Source: Lingula anatina (taxonomy: Eukaryota; Animalia; Brachiopoda). From it: a stretch of DNA of 64,000 nt. The notes beneath the pieces are model-generated. The model worked only from the letters and a program-made list of their open reading frames with translations. It had not been told where the DNA came from and did no database searches. The first letter of the stretch is position 1. Each line of letters begins with the position of its first letter. The stretch lies in contig CM120647.1 in assembly GCA_051362555.1 (NCBI GenBank), forward strand, positions 12,686,651 through 12,750,650, in the 5' to 3' direction. Below are positions 51,601 through 64,000 of this stretch, in pieces. A program made the position numbers and the translations under genes.

Positions 51601-54406
51601 CAATGATATAATAGGGGGTATAGGAAAATAGCAATAATTAGGATAATAATAACACTTGTTAATGAAAATATTAATATATAAAAATAAATAAAAATCAAAT
51701 AAATAAATAAATGAAATAGACTTAAAAATAGATAAATAACACAAATACAAATATCAATGAATGAAAATAAAGAGACAAACTGGCTTGGGAGGAAGCCAGT
51801 AACCACAACTACTTAATAACTGCAATTTAAAACATCAATTTCTTAAACTAATATATGTGGTGCTAAGTATATGAAGATTACTCCTACCTGCTTCCTATGA
51901 CAACTGCCATCTCTCTATTTTATTTTTGTTTTTTGGTCACAGACACTATATTTCGTTACTATGAACATTGGTCAAAATGGACAGAACTGTCCATCTCAAA
52001 GAGTGTTTTCACAATGAAACTACCTACGTGAATGTTTGAAATAAATCTGTGGGAACTTTCTCTGAATGCATTCAAATCAACAGATCAACATGCCTCTTCT
52101 TGCTTCCAAGGTACTCGTATAATTCAGGGGCGGATCTAGATATATTTTCTGATAGTCTTCCAAATTATCTTTGTTGCTCCAACCTCCATTTTTGACTGTT
52201 TTCTGACAGAGAAAATTGGATACCCGTCAAAGTAAACTTAAAAAATCTGACCTTCTTCCGGAAGACCCAGAAAATGGTCTCAATCCGCCCCTGTAATCAC
52301 CAGCTTTTCTTTATTCTACTCAATTCCAGGAGGAAGCGTGTTAATCTGTTATCTGAGAGCACTCAGGGAAAGTAGAACTTGATAGTATGATAGTTTCATC
52401 GTGAAGGCGCCCAAAGTCAAAACCAACCTTCATTTTCTAAAAAGCTGCTTTACGTACCCCTTCCTCTTCTATCTTGGCCACTTGAGCTCTGTACCAGTTG
52501 CCATCTTGGTATTTGCACAAACAGTGGACACCAAGTGTTAAATTGTCTATTTTACCTTTCTCCTTGGCCTGAAATTATATCATGTAATTTTTTTTTAGCC
52601 AAATTAAAATGTTTGTATAAAAATAGTTAAATAGATTTATTTCCGTGACAGTATTGAATATATACAAATTTAACACATAATATATGAATATGAATATGTT
52701 TTTTTTAATTGAAATGTTTAATTTATATATGCCTGATATACAAGGCAGCTTGATTTCTCCCCTTGGGAAAGTTCACTCTTGGCACTTGCCTCAAGGAGAT
52801 CTAGAAAATGTTCATATGTGAGGCCACTGAAAACATTTTGTACAAAATTTACGTTATCATTTTTACCTTACAAACTTCCTGGACTTTAGAATGCACTGCA
52901 GCTACTTGAGGCCCAGTTCTGGTGACAAAAAACTGTTGGCAGGACTTCACATGGGTTACACAGACACAGATGTCTGTCCTAAAAGATTAAATAAATTAAT
53001 TAAATGGAATAAATACACAACTGAAAAAATAAAAGTAATTCATTCTAAAATATTTTTTAAATCTAATTGCTTAATTGTTAAGAAAAAATATTTAAATTAA
53101 ATTATTACAGCAACCTTAAGTGGATGGAAATAATTACTGATTTTGCTTCTCCACGACATTAAAACATCATGAAATGCCACTTTCCAACTTATCAACTTAA
53201 TATCCAATGAACACCATAAACAATGTTTAAATGACTTTTTTTTAAACATTCATTATGTCAACTTCATGAAGAAGAGTATTAATTCTGGTTTAAAATATAA
53301 AGAAATTTCAACATATTTACTTAGATTTTTAAACCTACCCAAGTGCTGGAAGGACTGGTGGCAATATTCTTAATTTTTCTTTCTGAAATATGCAAGGAGC
53401 TATGTATTATTTTGCACATTTAAGCTTGTATTTCATAAATATCACTTTTTAAGGATCTTTCTTTTCTACATACAAAAATGGACCTACAAATTGTAACTGC
53501 AAAGAGGAAAAAATAACAACTGTTACAAGAAAAACCAAAAAAATCTGTAAAAAAATTCTCAAATATTTTCATTGAGGCTGAACATTTCTTTTTCAACAGG
53601 CAGTCCTTCAGGAAATCTACTGGTCAGTTTTATACAGGTTTTATTGCTAACAGGTGACTTGCGAACATTTTTCCGCAAGTCATAAATGAAAGGAATCAGA
53701 CCACACAACATACCAGATAAAGCTGTCAAAAGTCTATCTCCAATATCTATACCTTGTTCAATAATATTTTTTAAAATAAAAACAGGTGTTCTAGAAATGA
53801 ATAGCTTCAAATCTAAATTCATCTCTTTCTACCTTAACATTATATCTTTAGAACACAACCAGGATTCATCAAGGTTAACTAGACATGCTCCATGTTCTAC
53901 TGGTTGCCTATTTCTACCTTTTCAGAATCTTTGGCACTTGATTCAGGGGTTGGCGATACTGCATAAAGTCTCCTCATCTCTGGGTACAGTATTTTCCTAT
54001 CTGTTCCTACCACACTGAAAGTACAGTAAATGTTGTCAGTTTAGAGAGGTGTGAGTCATCTCCTAATGCCTGTACCACCAGCAATGTTGCTAGTGAGTTT
54101 TCACCTTTCAGTCTATTCACATCACACTGAGAATACAGACAACTAGAGGTTTAGAGCTGCTTACTGAAGCTTGTGCCAACTGGAATGGTTATGAATTATG
54201 TTTGTGAATGAAATGTGTTCTTATTACATCTACTTACCACTCTATAAGAAATCAAAGTATATTAAAACAAATAGAAACAAACACACATGCATGCATGCAT
54301 ACACGTGCACGTATGTACATAGCAAAAACATCATGCATCTATGCACATAATGATGCATGCATACACACACACACAGCCACACAAACACAGGCATACACAC
54401 ACGTGT

Positions 54407-54443
<37 letters not shown>

Positions 54444-54632
54444 CATACTGACCTTTCCACTTTGACGCAGTCTGTCCAGCTCTGGACTCTGTCCATCAGG
54501 TCTGGGGGAGGAGCCTCATTGAACTGCTGTTTATACTCTATGGGGAGACGCGTGTTCCACAGCCCATTCTTACGCCCCTCCATGATCTGGAAGTAATGAA
54601 AGATGAATTAAACTGTGAAAAGATTAGACAAC

Positions 54633-54722
<90 letters not shown>

Positions 54723-56934
54723 GAAAATAAAAGAAAACATGCAGAGGAAAAATAATTTTAAATCAATGAGTTGGACAAGGAATTCAATTTTCAAGAATGC
54801 AATGAAGCTGGGCAAGTATCCAGCTTTTTTTACAAGTGGTAGCTTTCACTATTATTATTATTATTATTATTATTATTGTCACCATTATCATCATCATCAT
54901 TTGGTTCTAGAGCAGAACTGATCAAAACCAAGCTGAATTAAAGCCAACCAATAAATGCTTCACATATAGGCAGTATTCCCCCTAGTAAGCACCAATAATG
55001 AAGATAGAGTGAGAAAAAGAGAGAGTTACATGTACCTTCCTTTTAGACCCACACCACAAACAAAAGCTACGTCAACACTGCCTGCAGACATTACACAGCA
55101 AGAAGGCACAAGAGGCAATCAGGCAAACATTAGACAGGTGTGTGCCATTATCAGCCCTAAATCTGCCACAAAACCATGTAAATAATATGACGCGGGACAT
55201 TTATTGTTGTGTTCATTTCGACAGCTTATATATAAACAACAAACAGAGAGGGTTTTATTTCTTGTCCAAATTTGTGACAAATTATGTCAACACTGCAGTG
55301 AGAGGGGGGAGGCTGTGTATAACTTCACGTGAATTGATGATGTCTAATTTGTGGATAAAAAGAAAATGTAATTGTTAACTTACGTCAAATGTATAATTAT
55401 TATTTCAAAACCTGTGAAAGACCAGGAAAAGTTAAAAACAGATCAGTTTTGATATATTTAGTTTTGTTATGTATTCAAACACAACATAAGCCCAATTTAT
55501 ACATGTATTAAATAGTTTCAAAAGGAAAAAAAATCCTGTTGATTTTGTAGAAGGCTCTTGTACTCTGGTGACATAACAGTGGTCTTAATTTCCAGGGAGA
55601 GCGCAGAGAACTTTTTCCTCTCTTTTTTTTCCATTCTTGCAGACTACAAAGTTTGTGTTACTTATCAAAAAGGCCAAAAGTCAGACCAAGATTCAATACC
55701 TCCAGCTTAAAGAAATATCTCACATACAGTTTGTAGATTTCAAATATATTTATCCTCTCCTCCTCCTCTCCCCAAACATTTTCATGAACATAAGTAGAAA
55801 AGCCAATACTCATGAGTGCACATGTAAACACGCCGCCACTGTGACATACAACAAGTCACTTCACAACAAGCATACTGTAGTACCCACACTAGTGGTAAGA
55901 CGATAAGCAGCTATCCTGCAGCTAGAACCAGATCATCTATGATCAGAGCAAGACTAGAGATAGAACTAGAACTAGAACTGGAACGAGAGCCAAAACCACA
56001 ACCAAGGATATATCTAGATTGGGCAAAGATTGGAGTTAATACCAGACCTAGACTCCAGTTAAGATCTGATCTAGTACCAAACCTAGCACAAGGACAAGAC
56101 TGTAGACCTACAGACCAGATCTTGGACCAAATAAAGAATTAAGGGCTAAGACAAAAGACTGTAAAAAATAGGTAAGCTGCACATTTCACTTTTTTTATGT
56201 GATACGCAACATACTTGGCTCAAATTCTAAGCATTCTTTGCTATGATCAATCTTTAAATTGTAAGCAGTTTTGGAAAAGTGAGATTTTGTGAGATAGGCT
56301 CCACAGTTTACTAGCTATATAAGTACAGAAAACACTTATATGCTTCGATGTTTAATGTATTAATGAAGAAAAAAAACTTTGATATGGTACAAGTTGAAAT
56401 GGGTGGAAATTATCCCAACTATGCAGACTTGTTTATGATATGTGATTCAATTCATCATTCAATGCAATTCTACTTGTTTCCAGTTTTGATCACATCAAAA
56501 ATTACTGACTTTATCATAACATATTTAACAGAATTTTACTCAATCGCAATACAGACAATACCACTGCCAAATAATTTAAAGAGCATACACACTGCTACAT
56601 CATAATACAGTATAGATTGTCCTTGTGAAAAGTTTACTCTTATTCAGGTAGCTACAATTTCCCAATACATTGATCAAAACATCAAACACTTTGAGGATGC
56701 TGAAACCCACACCTTACTACGAATAAAAAGCAATAATCAATTATTCATTAAAATAATCAAGTTAGTAATGTTGTGTTCACTCCACCGACAAAAGTCAATA
56801 TTTCTACAGAAATGTGAGTACTTGATTACGTTACTTATTGTTATCATTTAAACAACTGTGAAGATATGCATGACATAATACATCCAGTAAACATTGGATT
56901 AGCAGAAAGATATATAGTAAGATCAAATTTGTAG

Positions 56935-56968
<34 letters not shown>

Positions 56969-59900
56969 ATGAGAGAGGGAGGGAGGGGTGGAAGGGAGAG
57001 AGAGAGAGAAAGAGAGAGAGAGAAGGGAAGAGCAAGAGAGAGAGAGAAAGAGAGAGAGGGGAGGGGTGAGAGAGAGATCTGGTGTGGGGGGGGGGTACAT
57101 GGAGACTCAGGCTGACCAGTGATATCAGTACCTGGGTAATGTCAGCTTCTGCCTCTAATCTAATGCTACATTAGCTATAAGGTAAATACTGCCTATTTGA
57201 CTACATCATTGTGAAGATTGAGGGCTTTATCAGTGGAGAAAACTGGGACATCTCTCGCTCTCTGTGGTCTAATCTTACAACCCTGGAGATGCTTGTTAAA
57301 CAAGAAAACAGCAATTAAATAATAACTGCTATTTACTGCTACAATTTGTTCATCAGTTATATTTTATTTCTGAAATGCTAAATGAATGATTCAACTGTAA
57401 CAACTGAAGGATTTATTAATTTTTGCGACTTGCAAGATTGTATTTTGTATTTCACACAATTCACTTAAAAGATCAAATGAGTTCACATAAAAGTAGAAAA
57501 CTTTCATACTTTGTAGAAAACATTTTGGTAATCTTGAATAAGATGCCAACTGGAAAGCTTGGCAGTGTAAACCTATTAAAAACAGAGAGAAAATACTTGT
57601 GAGTACTGGCATAATACCACACAGCAAACAAATGCTCCGCTCTATCAGATATGTCAAAATAAACACAAAAATAACACTTAATAGCGATAAAATAAACACC
57701 ACATTCCAACGTCTGCCCTCATTAGGGTTTCTGACAATATTTCTAAAAGGGGGAGGACTGTGTAAAAGATTGTGACCCAGAATTCGCAATTTTCGCGCTA
57801 ATGATCTCGACTGGATTAACCACCAAGAGTCTGAGTCTAGATGAAAAAAAAAAAAAAAAAAAACATTTCGATGACTGTGCAAAGCCATTACACTAGTAGG
57901 GTGACTATCACTGGTCATGTAAGATTCCATTAACAGGGGGTGGTATCATTAATAGGAGTGTTTTTATTTTTTAATTAAAAAATCTATCAGGGATGAGACT
58001 GCCATTTAGTTGGGTCCTACTCCTCTCCCCCCTCCCTCAGTTTATATTGCAGATCTGCATCGATGTCAAAATTGATTTGTTTGGCTCCCAAATATTAGAA
58101 AATCTCCCAAAAGTTAGAAATAGCTTATCCCTGATTTATTAACACATTTCCCTCCTGCAGTCCCCAATATCTTATGACATACCAGTGCGACAGGGTGTAT
58201 GCATTTCTGTTACTTCAAACTTAAAAGAGAATAGTTCCCTACCTAAAATTAATTTCATTTGACAGGTTTTGTGACATTTTAAAGCCAAATATTTATTCTA
58301 GTGGGAGTGCAACAGAAGTTTTAAGTGTATTTTCCTTTTGTACGCTACACTTTGTACTACAAGTACATACATGTACAGATTTTGAAAATGTGCTTGACAG
58401 CAAAGATCCAGTGCACATTTTTTTCTATCAATTTTGTAACCAGCAATGTTTTTCCCAAGAATACAGAAGTGGATTCCTTCACATTCCAGCCTCAGGTAAT
58501 AATCTGATGCTACAGCTACTGGTGCTGAAGTGGAAAACATTGTTGTTTCAGTCTAATTGGTGTTTATTTTGCGATTTCAGCCCGTGAGAGCAGAAACTTT
58601 TGGTCAAAGAAACACACTTCACAGGGATCTAGGCCAGGCATTGACAGAGCACAATTTCCAATGACAAATTGGCAGCTGATCAGAAAATACTAGAAAACAG
58701 AATTAATTGCTTAACCCTTGCGCAAAATATAAAAGCTTTTTTTCCCTGCAAACCAGTCAATAAAAGGAAAAACATCCAACTGCATAAAAAACTCCACACT
58801 TTTACATAGTGCACACTGAATGTTGACCACATGACAACAAAGCAATTAACCATGACAACAACATAGTTCAATCACCAAGGCAACAGTCCATCACCATGGC
58901 AACAAAGAAGGCCCAACTCCAGCAGGGGAATAATCTGCGGGATTTCACTCAGAGAGATGAGCTCAGTGACGTCACCCTGATAGTCCAGGGGGAGCCACTT
59001 TACGTACACAAGGTTTACCTGGCAGAGTGGTCCCCCGTATGGAGAGCCATGTTTGTTGCAAACTTTCGCGAAAAATCAGCCCAAGAGATCGAGCTTCCAG
59101 GGAAAGAACTGGAGCAGATGGTTGAACTGTTACATTGTATATATCCCAGTCAGAAAGCAATCAATGGTGGGTACCAACTGGTGTGACTAATAACTATTTA
59201 ATGTCTTTTGTTTCAACATGGAACTTACTGGGTTGTTTCTCTCTCTCTCTCTTTCTCTCTCTGCTTAGTCATTTCTCTCTCTCCTTCCTTCTGACTTTCA
59301 ATGTTCTATGCACACATGAGTTCCTTCTATGTATAAAATTTCAAATACAAATTTATTTTACAATATCAGCAACAAATTTAAATACTAAGCAACGGATCTC
59401 AAGATAAAACATTTCTTATATTAAACACTTTCTTTTTAGAGGAAAATGTCCACTTTCTACTGGAACTGGCAGAGGAGTACCAGATCGAAAAAATCAAGCA
59501 ACGCTGTGAAGTATTCCTCCTGTCTGGGAACACCGATTTGGAAAACCTCCTTCTTGCTCAGAGATACTGCCTCGATAAGCTGTACACAAAGTGCATAGAG
59601 GGAGCCACCAGGCTTACCCTCGAAGACTTGGAAAAATGTGATGAATTTCAGCAACTAGAACCAAGAACTCTGAACACAATATACAAATCTAAAATAAACA
59701 CCATGAGAGACTATGCCAGTTACATCAAGGAAAAAGAAGTGGCAATGGAAAAGGAATGTAATAAGGTTTCTAGGGAGAGAGACAGGATTCAGTCAAAGTT
59801 GCAGACCGTGAAAATGCTTTGGGAATCCCCTAGCAAGCGTTGCTATAGACACATGGGAAACACAGCCATGTTTGATTTTTCCTGTAGGGAATGTAATGAA

Positions 59901-62900
59901 AAGGTTTATCGGGAGATAAAAAAGTTGTGCAGTGAGCTACCAAATAACAGAATTAACTAACTTAATTTAAAGTGATATTTATGTCTTTTAAATTTTTTTT
60001 TTCTAATCAGAAATAGTTTTTGAACATCTCATTACTCCTTCATCATTGCTGACCCCCCCCCCCCCCCCCCCAAGCAAATTTATGTCAAGGTATGTCTTTC
60101 TTCTCAAGTAGTCACATTTTTAGTATTATTAACCATACAAACTCCACTGGAGATCTCCAAAATCAATGAATTTTTTCCTTATATTTATCCTTTCATAACT
60201 TAATGGAACCATAGATTTAAACATGCCATATTCAAGCCAAATAATTTCATGGATATGAAAAGTATATACTTTTGATTAAAATGTGGTTTTTAATAATGAT
60301 TTTTATTTCTCTTTTTATTTTCTCTTGTGATTATTACTATTTTTTTTTTGATGATGATTTTTGTTTCTCCTTTTTTCTTGTAAATTAAAGTAAACACAAA
60401 TACACATTGAAATCCAGACTGACAAAAACTGCCATTATATGAAAATTAAAAAAAAAATCATATAGTAGTCTTGGTTTAAAAAAGAAGTGCTAAGTTTTAG
60501 TATCTTTCTTATCATGGCCCTCACCTGTCTTACTCTGGACTTCAGGATTTCTTCACTAACAGCACTTTTACCTTCTGTGCCTCTTACACTGACAACTCTG
60601 GGAGGACTGGGAGAGCCGGCAACTGGAGTTGAAAAAAAAAAAAAAAAAAAACATTTAAATGGCTACACACTGTTGGAGGTTTCAAACTGTATAAGATGAC
60701 TGTAATATCAATTATATGTATACACTATATATTTCATATTTAAAAGTTTAGAACTGTAACATCTACAACTCTATTTTCAACAAAGGTTCTTTTGTTGTAC
60801 ACCTAATATTTTTTCTAAGTCTGTGTTCATATTGTAAGTTATGCCAGGATATTCAGCTTAGTACATTGACCCTGCACCTTAGGCAGAATCCCCTCTGAGA
60901 TAGATCGATCAAGCTAGACTGATAAATTTTAATCTGAACACAGCCTTATCTTTCAACATTTAGCAGACATTATTACCAACACAGCTTCTGTTAGGTCCCA
61001 ATCTTCACTTTACTTAGACAATGCTCAGAAAACAACTCACCTTTTATGCCTAGAGCATGGCAAGCATTCATTGCAGCAGCTTGTTCTGCCTCCTTCATAC
61101 TCTTGTACCCATCTGAGGGGGGAGATATTACAAAGAAAGTAAAAATCTGTCTTTTTTATCAAGTACATGTAACTCCCATTACTAGAAATGCCTTCTGCAC
61201 TGAAGATCTTTTATCATTTATCAAATTCAACATTATCAGGGGTGGATCCAGAGATATTTTCTGACAGGCTTCCAAATTATCTTCATTGATCCACCAATTT
61301 TTGACCGTCTTCCGACAAAAAAATTACATACCCATCAATGTAAACTCGAAAATCTGACTGTCTTCCGGAAGACCCACAAGACAGCCTAAATCCGCCCCTG
61401 ATTATGAGAAGCGAGTCAATTATATCAGTTACTAACAACTCTGGTTGAACTTTGGGTCACAATCTTCAACAGACTGTCAGCCATTATTATTGGAACATGC
61501 CAAGGGGCGCGGTAGTCACAAGACATCTTTATCCAAAAAAAGTTTACCAATTGTTATTTTTATTCTAAATAACCAATTATACAGAGGAAAAGACCATTTT
61601 ATTTTAAGTATTTAAATGAAGCAAAAAGGATATCAAAAATAAAAAACTATTAATTTAAAATACTTCTTAAGTTTGTAAATTAATACATAAATTGTACAGA
61701 ATAATGAATTTTAAAGAATGAAATATGAATGTTTGACCTACCCTCACTCCCATAAACCACACCTTCCAAACACAGTGAGCTGACAAACCCAACTTTGGTT
61801 GAATCAGTTTTGTTGTAGTAAACAGACTTCTTGGTTTTGGCAGCATATTCATAGAGAGCACTTTTGTAATTAACGAATACTGCAACGAAAAATTTTAAAT
61901 AAAAAGCCATAAAATCTGTCCATAACAGTGACATGCTATCAGAAATTGTGCTCTCTTGTACTAGTCAAGGCAAAGAAAAACCTTGAAAAAAAAAAACTTG
62001 TCCACAATGACTGACACATCATGCTGGCTGTGCTAAAAATGATAAAATCTACAATTATAAAGAAAATGAAATTGCTAAAAAATAAGCATAATAAATATTG
62101 CCACATTGCAAAGGGTCAAAACTTGCAGATTTAGTGTTCCCTCTAAACACCAAACAACACCATACATTACTTAAATGCTCAGAATCCATTGGCAAAAGTT
62201 AATGATGATGTGGAAGTGGTCATGTAACCATGGAAACAAACAAAGTCCAAGATGGCCACTGTGATGTCCACTCTTCTTCTAAATATCCAAATAAATGATA
62301 AAAATATATCAACAATTGAGTATGATATGTATTTCTGTTTTTATTGGGATTAAAAGCACTTGATGGTAAAACATTTATGTAGATTCATTTATCTAAAATA
62401 ATAGCAAATGCAGTGTATGATGTGGGATGAGCTCATGTAATACCTTTATCATTCTTAGTATTGGGCACCGTAACCTTCAGAGAGGAAGACGAGGCACTCT
62501 TGGCAGCAGGGACACTGGATGCCATATTGGAAGATGTCTTCTGGAATCTTGGTGGTACCTCAAATGAAGAGGAGTTTCTTGCTGGTGCCATCTGAAATAA
62601 TGAAATATATCTAGTTTGTTAATTGCAATTTAACAACTAAGAATGAGAGACTTCTCCCTTTCTGTCCTGGTGTAATAAATCGAGTAATAAAAATCTAATC
62701 ATACAAGACAGATAAATAACTATAAGTAAATAACATCTCCATTACCATTACTTTTCACTATTATTTCACTATTATATATATTAATAATACCACAAAGTAA
62801 TCTTCACAAGAGTTGATGACATAAACAGCGCTATGCATGCATTGTCTCAGGACAGACAAAAAAAAAAAAAAAACATAGTCCAACAGCATTCCAGATCCAA

Positions 62901-62918
62901 CTTTGAATTTCTGGGAAA

Positions 62919-62974
<56 letters not shown>

Positions 62975-63878
62975 CTGCACATGATGCTATGAGACAGTTG
63001 AACTCCACCTGCTTTGTGTGGTGTGGAATCATGGAAGTTCTGGACAGGGTCATTTTGGGGGGAGAGTATCGCTGGATTTTCGGCCCAAACCTTCCTCCTC
63101 CTGTCTTCCTGTAGGGACTTGGCACTGGCCGTCTTGACTGAACCTGGAGCCATAAATAAATAAATAAATAAATGGAAATATACAGAATTAAATGACCAAA
63201 AAAATAATAAAAAAACAAATGACCAAGAAAATTAATAAACAATCATTGTCATATTTACCAACACTACCACCTAAATTTTTCTTTAAGTGCTTGACTCAAA
63301 CATGCTGAAAACTTTTCACAGTGGCCGGACATTTGAACTGGCAGTAATGAAAAATTTGCCGAACTGAATGGATTTTTGTCTGCCCGAAAAATACCCTATT
63401 AGTTTGAGACAGATAGTACTGATTAGGTAGCTTACTTTGTTTGTGAATGTGATAGGTTTAAAATGGAAGGGAAAAAACGCTTTGGGTTTTATATAATTCT
63501 ATTAGGGGAGTGTGTCAAATGATGACTCTAAATTCAAAAGTGTGGCTCTTAAAACACTTGTCAGTCCTTTAGACCGATCACTAACAGTTTTTTACCGGTC
63601 CAGACAAATTTTCCCAGTCATGACCGATCGGACCGACAGTTTCAGCACGTCTGTTGACTGAAATCCTCTACAAAGTCTTCCCTGCATCAGTAGCTGGCAC
63701 AATAACACATCAGACTAATAGGAAGGTATAGTTCCTTACATTGACCTTAAGGTGTTTCCCTCTATAACCTTTGCCCTTCTTCTTGGACTTGTTGGACCTC
63801 TGAGCGCTGACCATGCGCTGAATGTGCGCTGTGGAGTCGTCAGCGACGGCGAAATAAGTCAGCTCACCATCTCGGTTA
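39331..63878 (-). CDS. TDRD7: Tudor domain-containing protein 7-like (LOTUS/dsRBD/Tudor piRNA-nuage scaffold); 5' end lies beyond the window
   Basis: 30 GT-AG exons with consistent phases: 63878-63740, 63143-63009, 62591-62444, 61879-61742, 61112-61041, 60622-60525, 54586-54453, 54014-53918, 53382-53339, 52978-52867, 52568-52458, 51597-51463, 51048-50976, 50659-50546, 50012-49912, 49548-49399, 49231-49133, 48781-48669, 48240-48126, 47688-47560, 47193-47074, 46046-45942, 45800-45690, 42485-42370, 42099-41813, 41368-41208, 40840-40772, 40496-40386, 40057-39940, 39539-39331. Motifs: eLOTUS helix YFAVADDSTAHIQRMVSAQR, VPPRFQK, LOTUS NGLWNTRLPIEY, four Tudor cores (W[YH]R.. / VD[FYH]G). Confidence 0.88.
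42690..45135. repeat. ~1-kb intronic tandem duplication with embedded HINE-like element ends
   Basis: ~43100-44118 repeated at ~44133-45133; older partial third copy ~42690-43000; each full unit ends GACGACAGACGCAGGTGATGGCAATATGTACAGACACATCTG. Confidence 0.8.
45476..45715 (-). repeat. 6 x 41-bp tandem array spanning an exon 3' end and splice donor
   Basis: Unit (minus) CTCCTGATAGACTGGTCACACTGAAG|gtaagacaggtgtct; donors 41 bp apart at 45689, 45648, 45607, 45566, 45525, 45484. Confidence 0.95.
46428..47150 (-). repeat. 9 x 80-bp tandem array spanning a Tudor exon 3' part and splice donor
   Basis: Each unit encodes IVCAKYSGDGFWYRAKVTTQQTGRQ followed by gtaag; period exactly 80 bp; the unit nearest 47150 is the real exon. 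Confidence 0.95.
51274..51516 (-). repeat. 64-bp exon-end/donor duplication flanking a half MITE-B
   Basis: 51274-51337 = 51453-51516; 51338-51452 is one half of MITE family B ending TGGGAATGGGGTC; a degenerate third copy lies at ~51209-51252. Confidence 0.88.
52125..52293. mobile_element. MITE family A, copy 3
   Basis: CAGGGGCGGAT...ATCCGCCCCTG, TAATT/TAATC flanks. Confidence 0.85.
54637..54719. repeat. (GA)n microsatellite forming the polypyrimidine tract of a TDRD7 intron
   Basis: Pure AG dinucleotide run ~50 bp upstream (gene sense) of the acceptor at 54587. Confidence 0.9.
58896..59960 (+). CDS. BTB/POZ-domain protein nested antisense in a TDRD7 intron
   Basis: Exons 58896-59166 and 59440-59960 (gtgggt...tttttag, phase 1). 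SDVTLIVQGEPLYVHKVYLAEWSPVWRAMF...F.EK...EIELP and ENVHFLLELAEEYQIEKIKQRCE BTB motifs; C-terminal coiled coil and C-x2-H/C-x2-C cluster. Confidence 0.9.
61237..61400. mobile_element. MITE family A, copy 4
   Basis: CAGGGGTGGAT...ATCCGCCCCTG, ATTAT duplicated. Confidence 0.85.
63297..63653. mobile_element. Non-autonomous DNA transposon with 6-bp TSD
   Basis: TIR CAAACATGCTGAAA / TTTCAGCACGTCTG; TTGACT on both flanks. Confidence 0.7.
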
Positions 63879-64000
63879 CTAGAATAAATAAGATTGTTTT
63901 TTTTAATCACAACTTATGCTCTGAATACAATATGGTGCAAAACTTATTTCTTTGCTTCATTTTCTGCATGTCTTTCAATAGGTGACTAATCTGATCTTTT

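Noticed and set aside
57391-57930. 179-aa minus-strand ORF in the large TDRD7 intron
   Set aside because: Low-complexity, crosses a homopolymer, and the flanking exons already join in phase without it.

Overview
Eukaryotic, AT-rich, intron-containing genomic DNA, probably from a marine invertebrate (the lineage is an inference). Left half (1-37 kb): a tandem/inverted cluster of four intact FkbM/Methyltransf_21 (Star-like) membrane methyltransferase paralogs, each with two coding exons, plus the last codons of a fifth at the window edge. This half also holds a full-length DIRS1-type tyrosine-recombinase retrotransposon (11683-16800; gag, RT-RNH-MT with two nonsense mutations, YR, ITRs and ICR), many MITEs with visible TSDs, relic exons resembling the P2X7 C-terminal 'ballast' domain, a minimal hammerhead-ribozyme motif and several segmental duplications. 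Right half (39.3-64 kb): a TDRD7-like gene on the minus strand, with 30 phase-consistent exons reconstructed (eLOTUS end, dsRBD, LOTUS, four Tudor domains) and an antisense BTB gene nested in one intron. Two observations stand out. (i) Three separate Tudor exons have their 3' end plus splice donor tandemly amplified into the intron (9x80 bp, 6x41 bp, and a 64-bp duplication around a half-MITE). (ii) The DIRS element carries an A_AAA_AAC slippery site and an in-phase donor/acceptor pair, which together predict Gag-Pol by -1 frameshift and Gag-YR by frameshift plus splicing.
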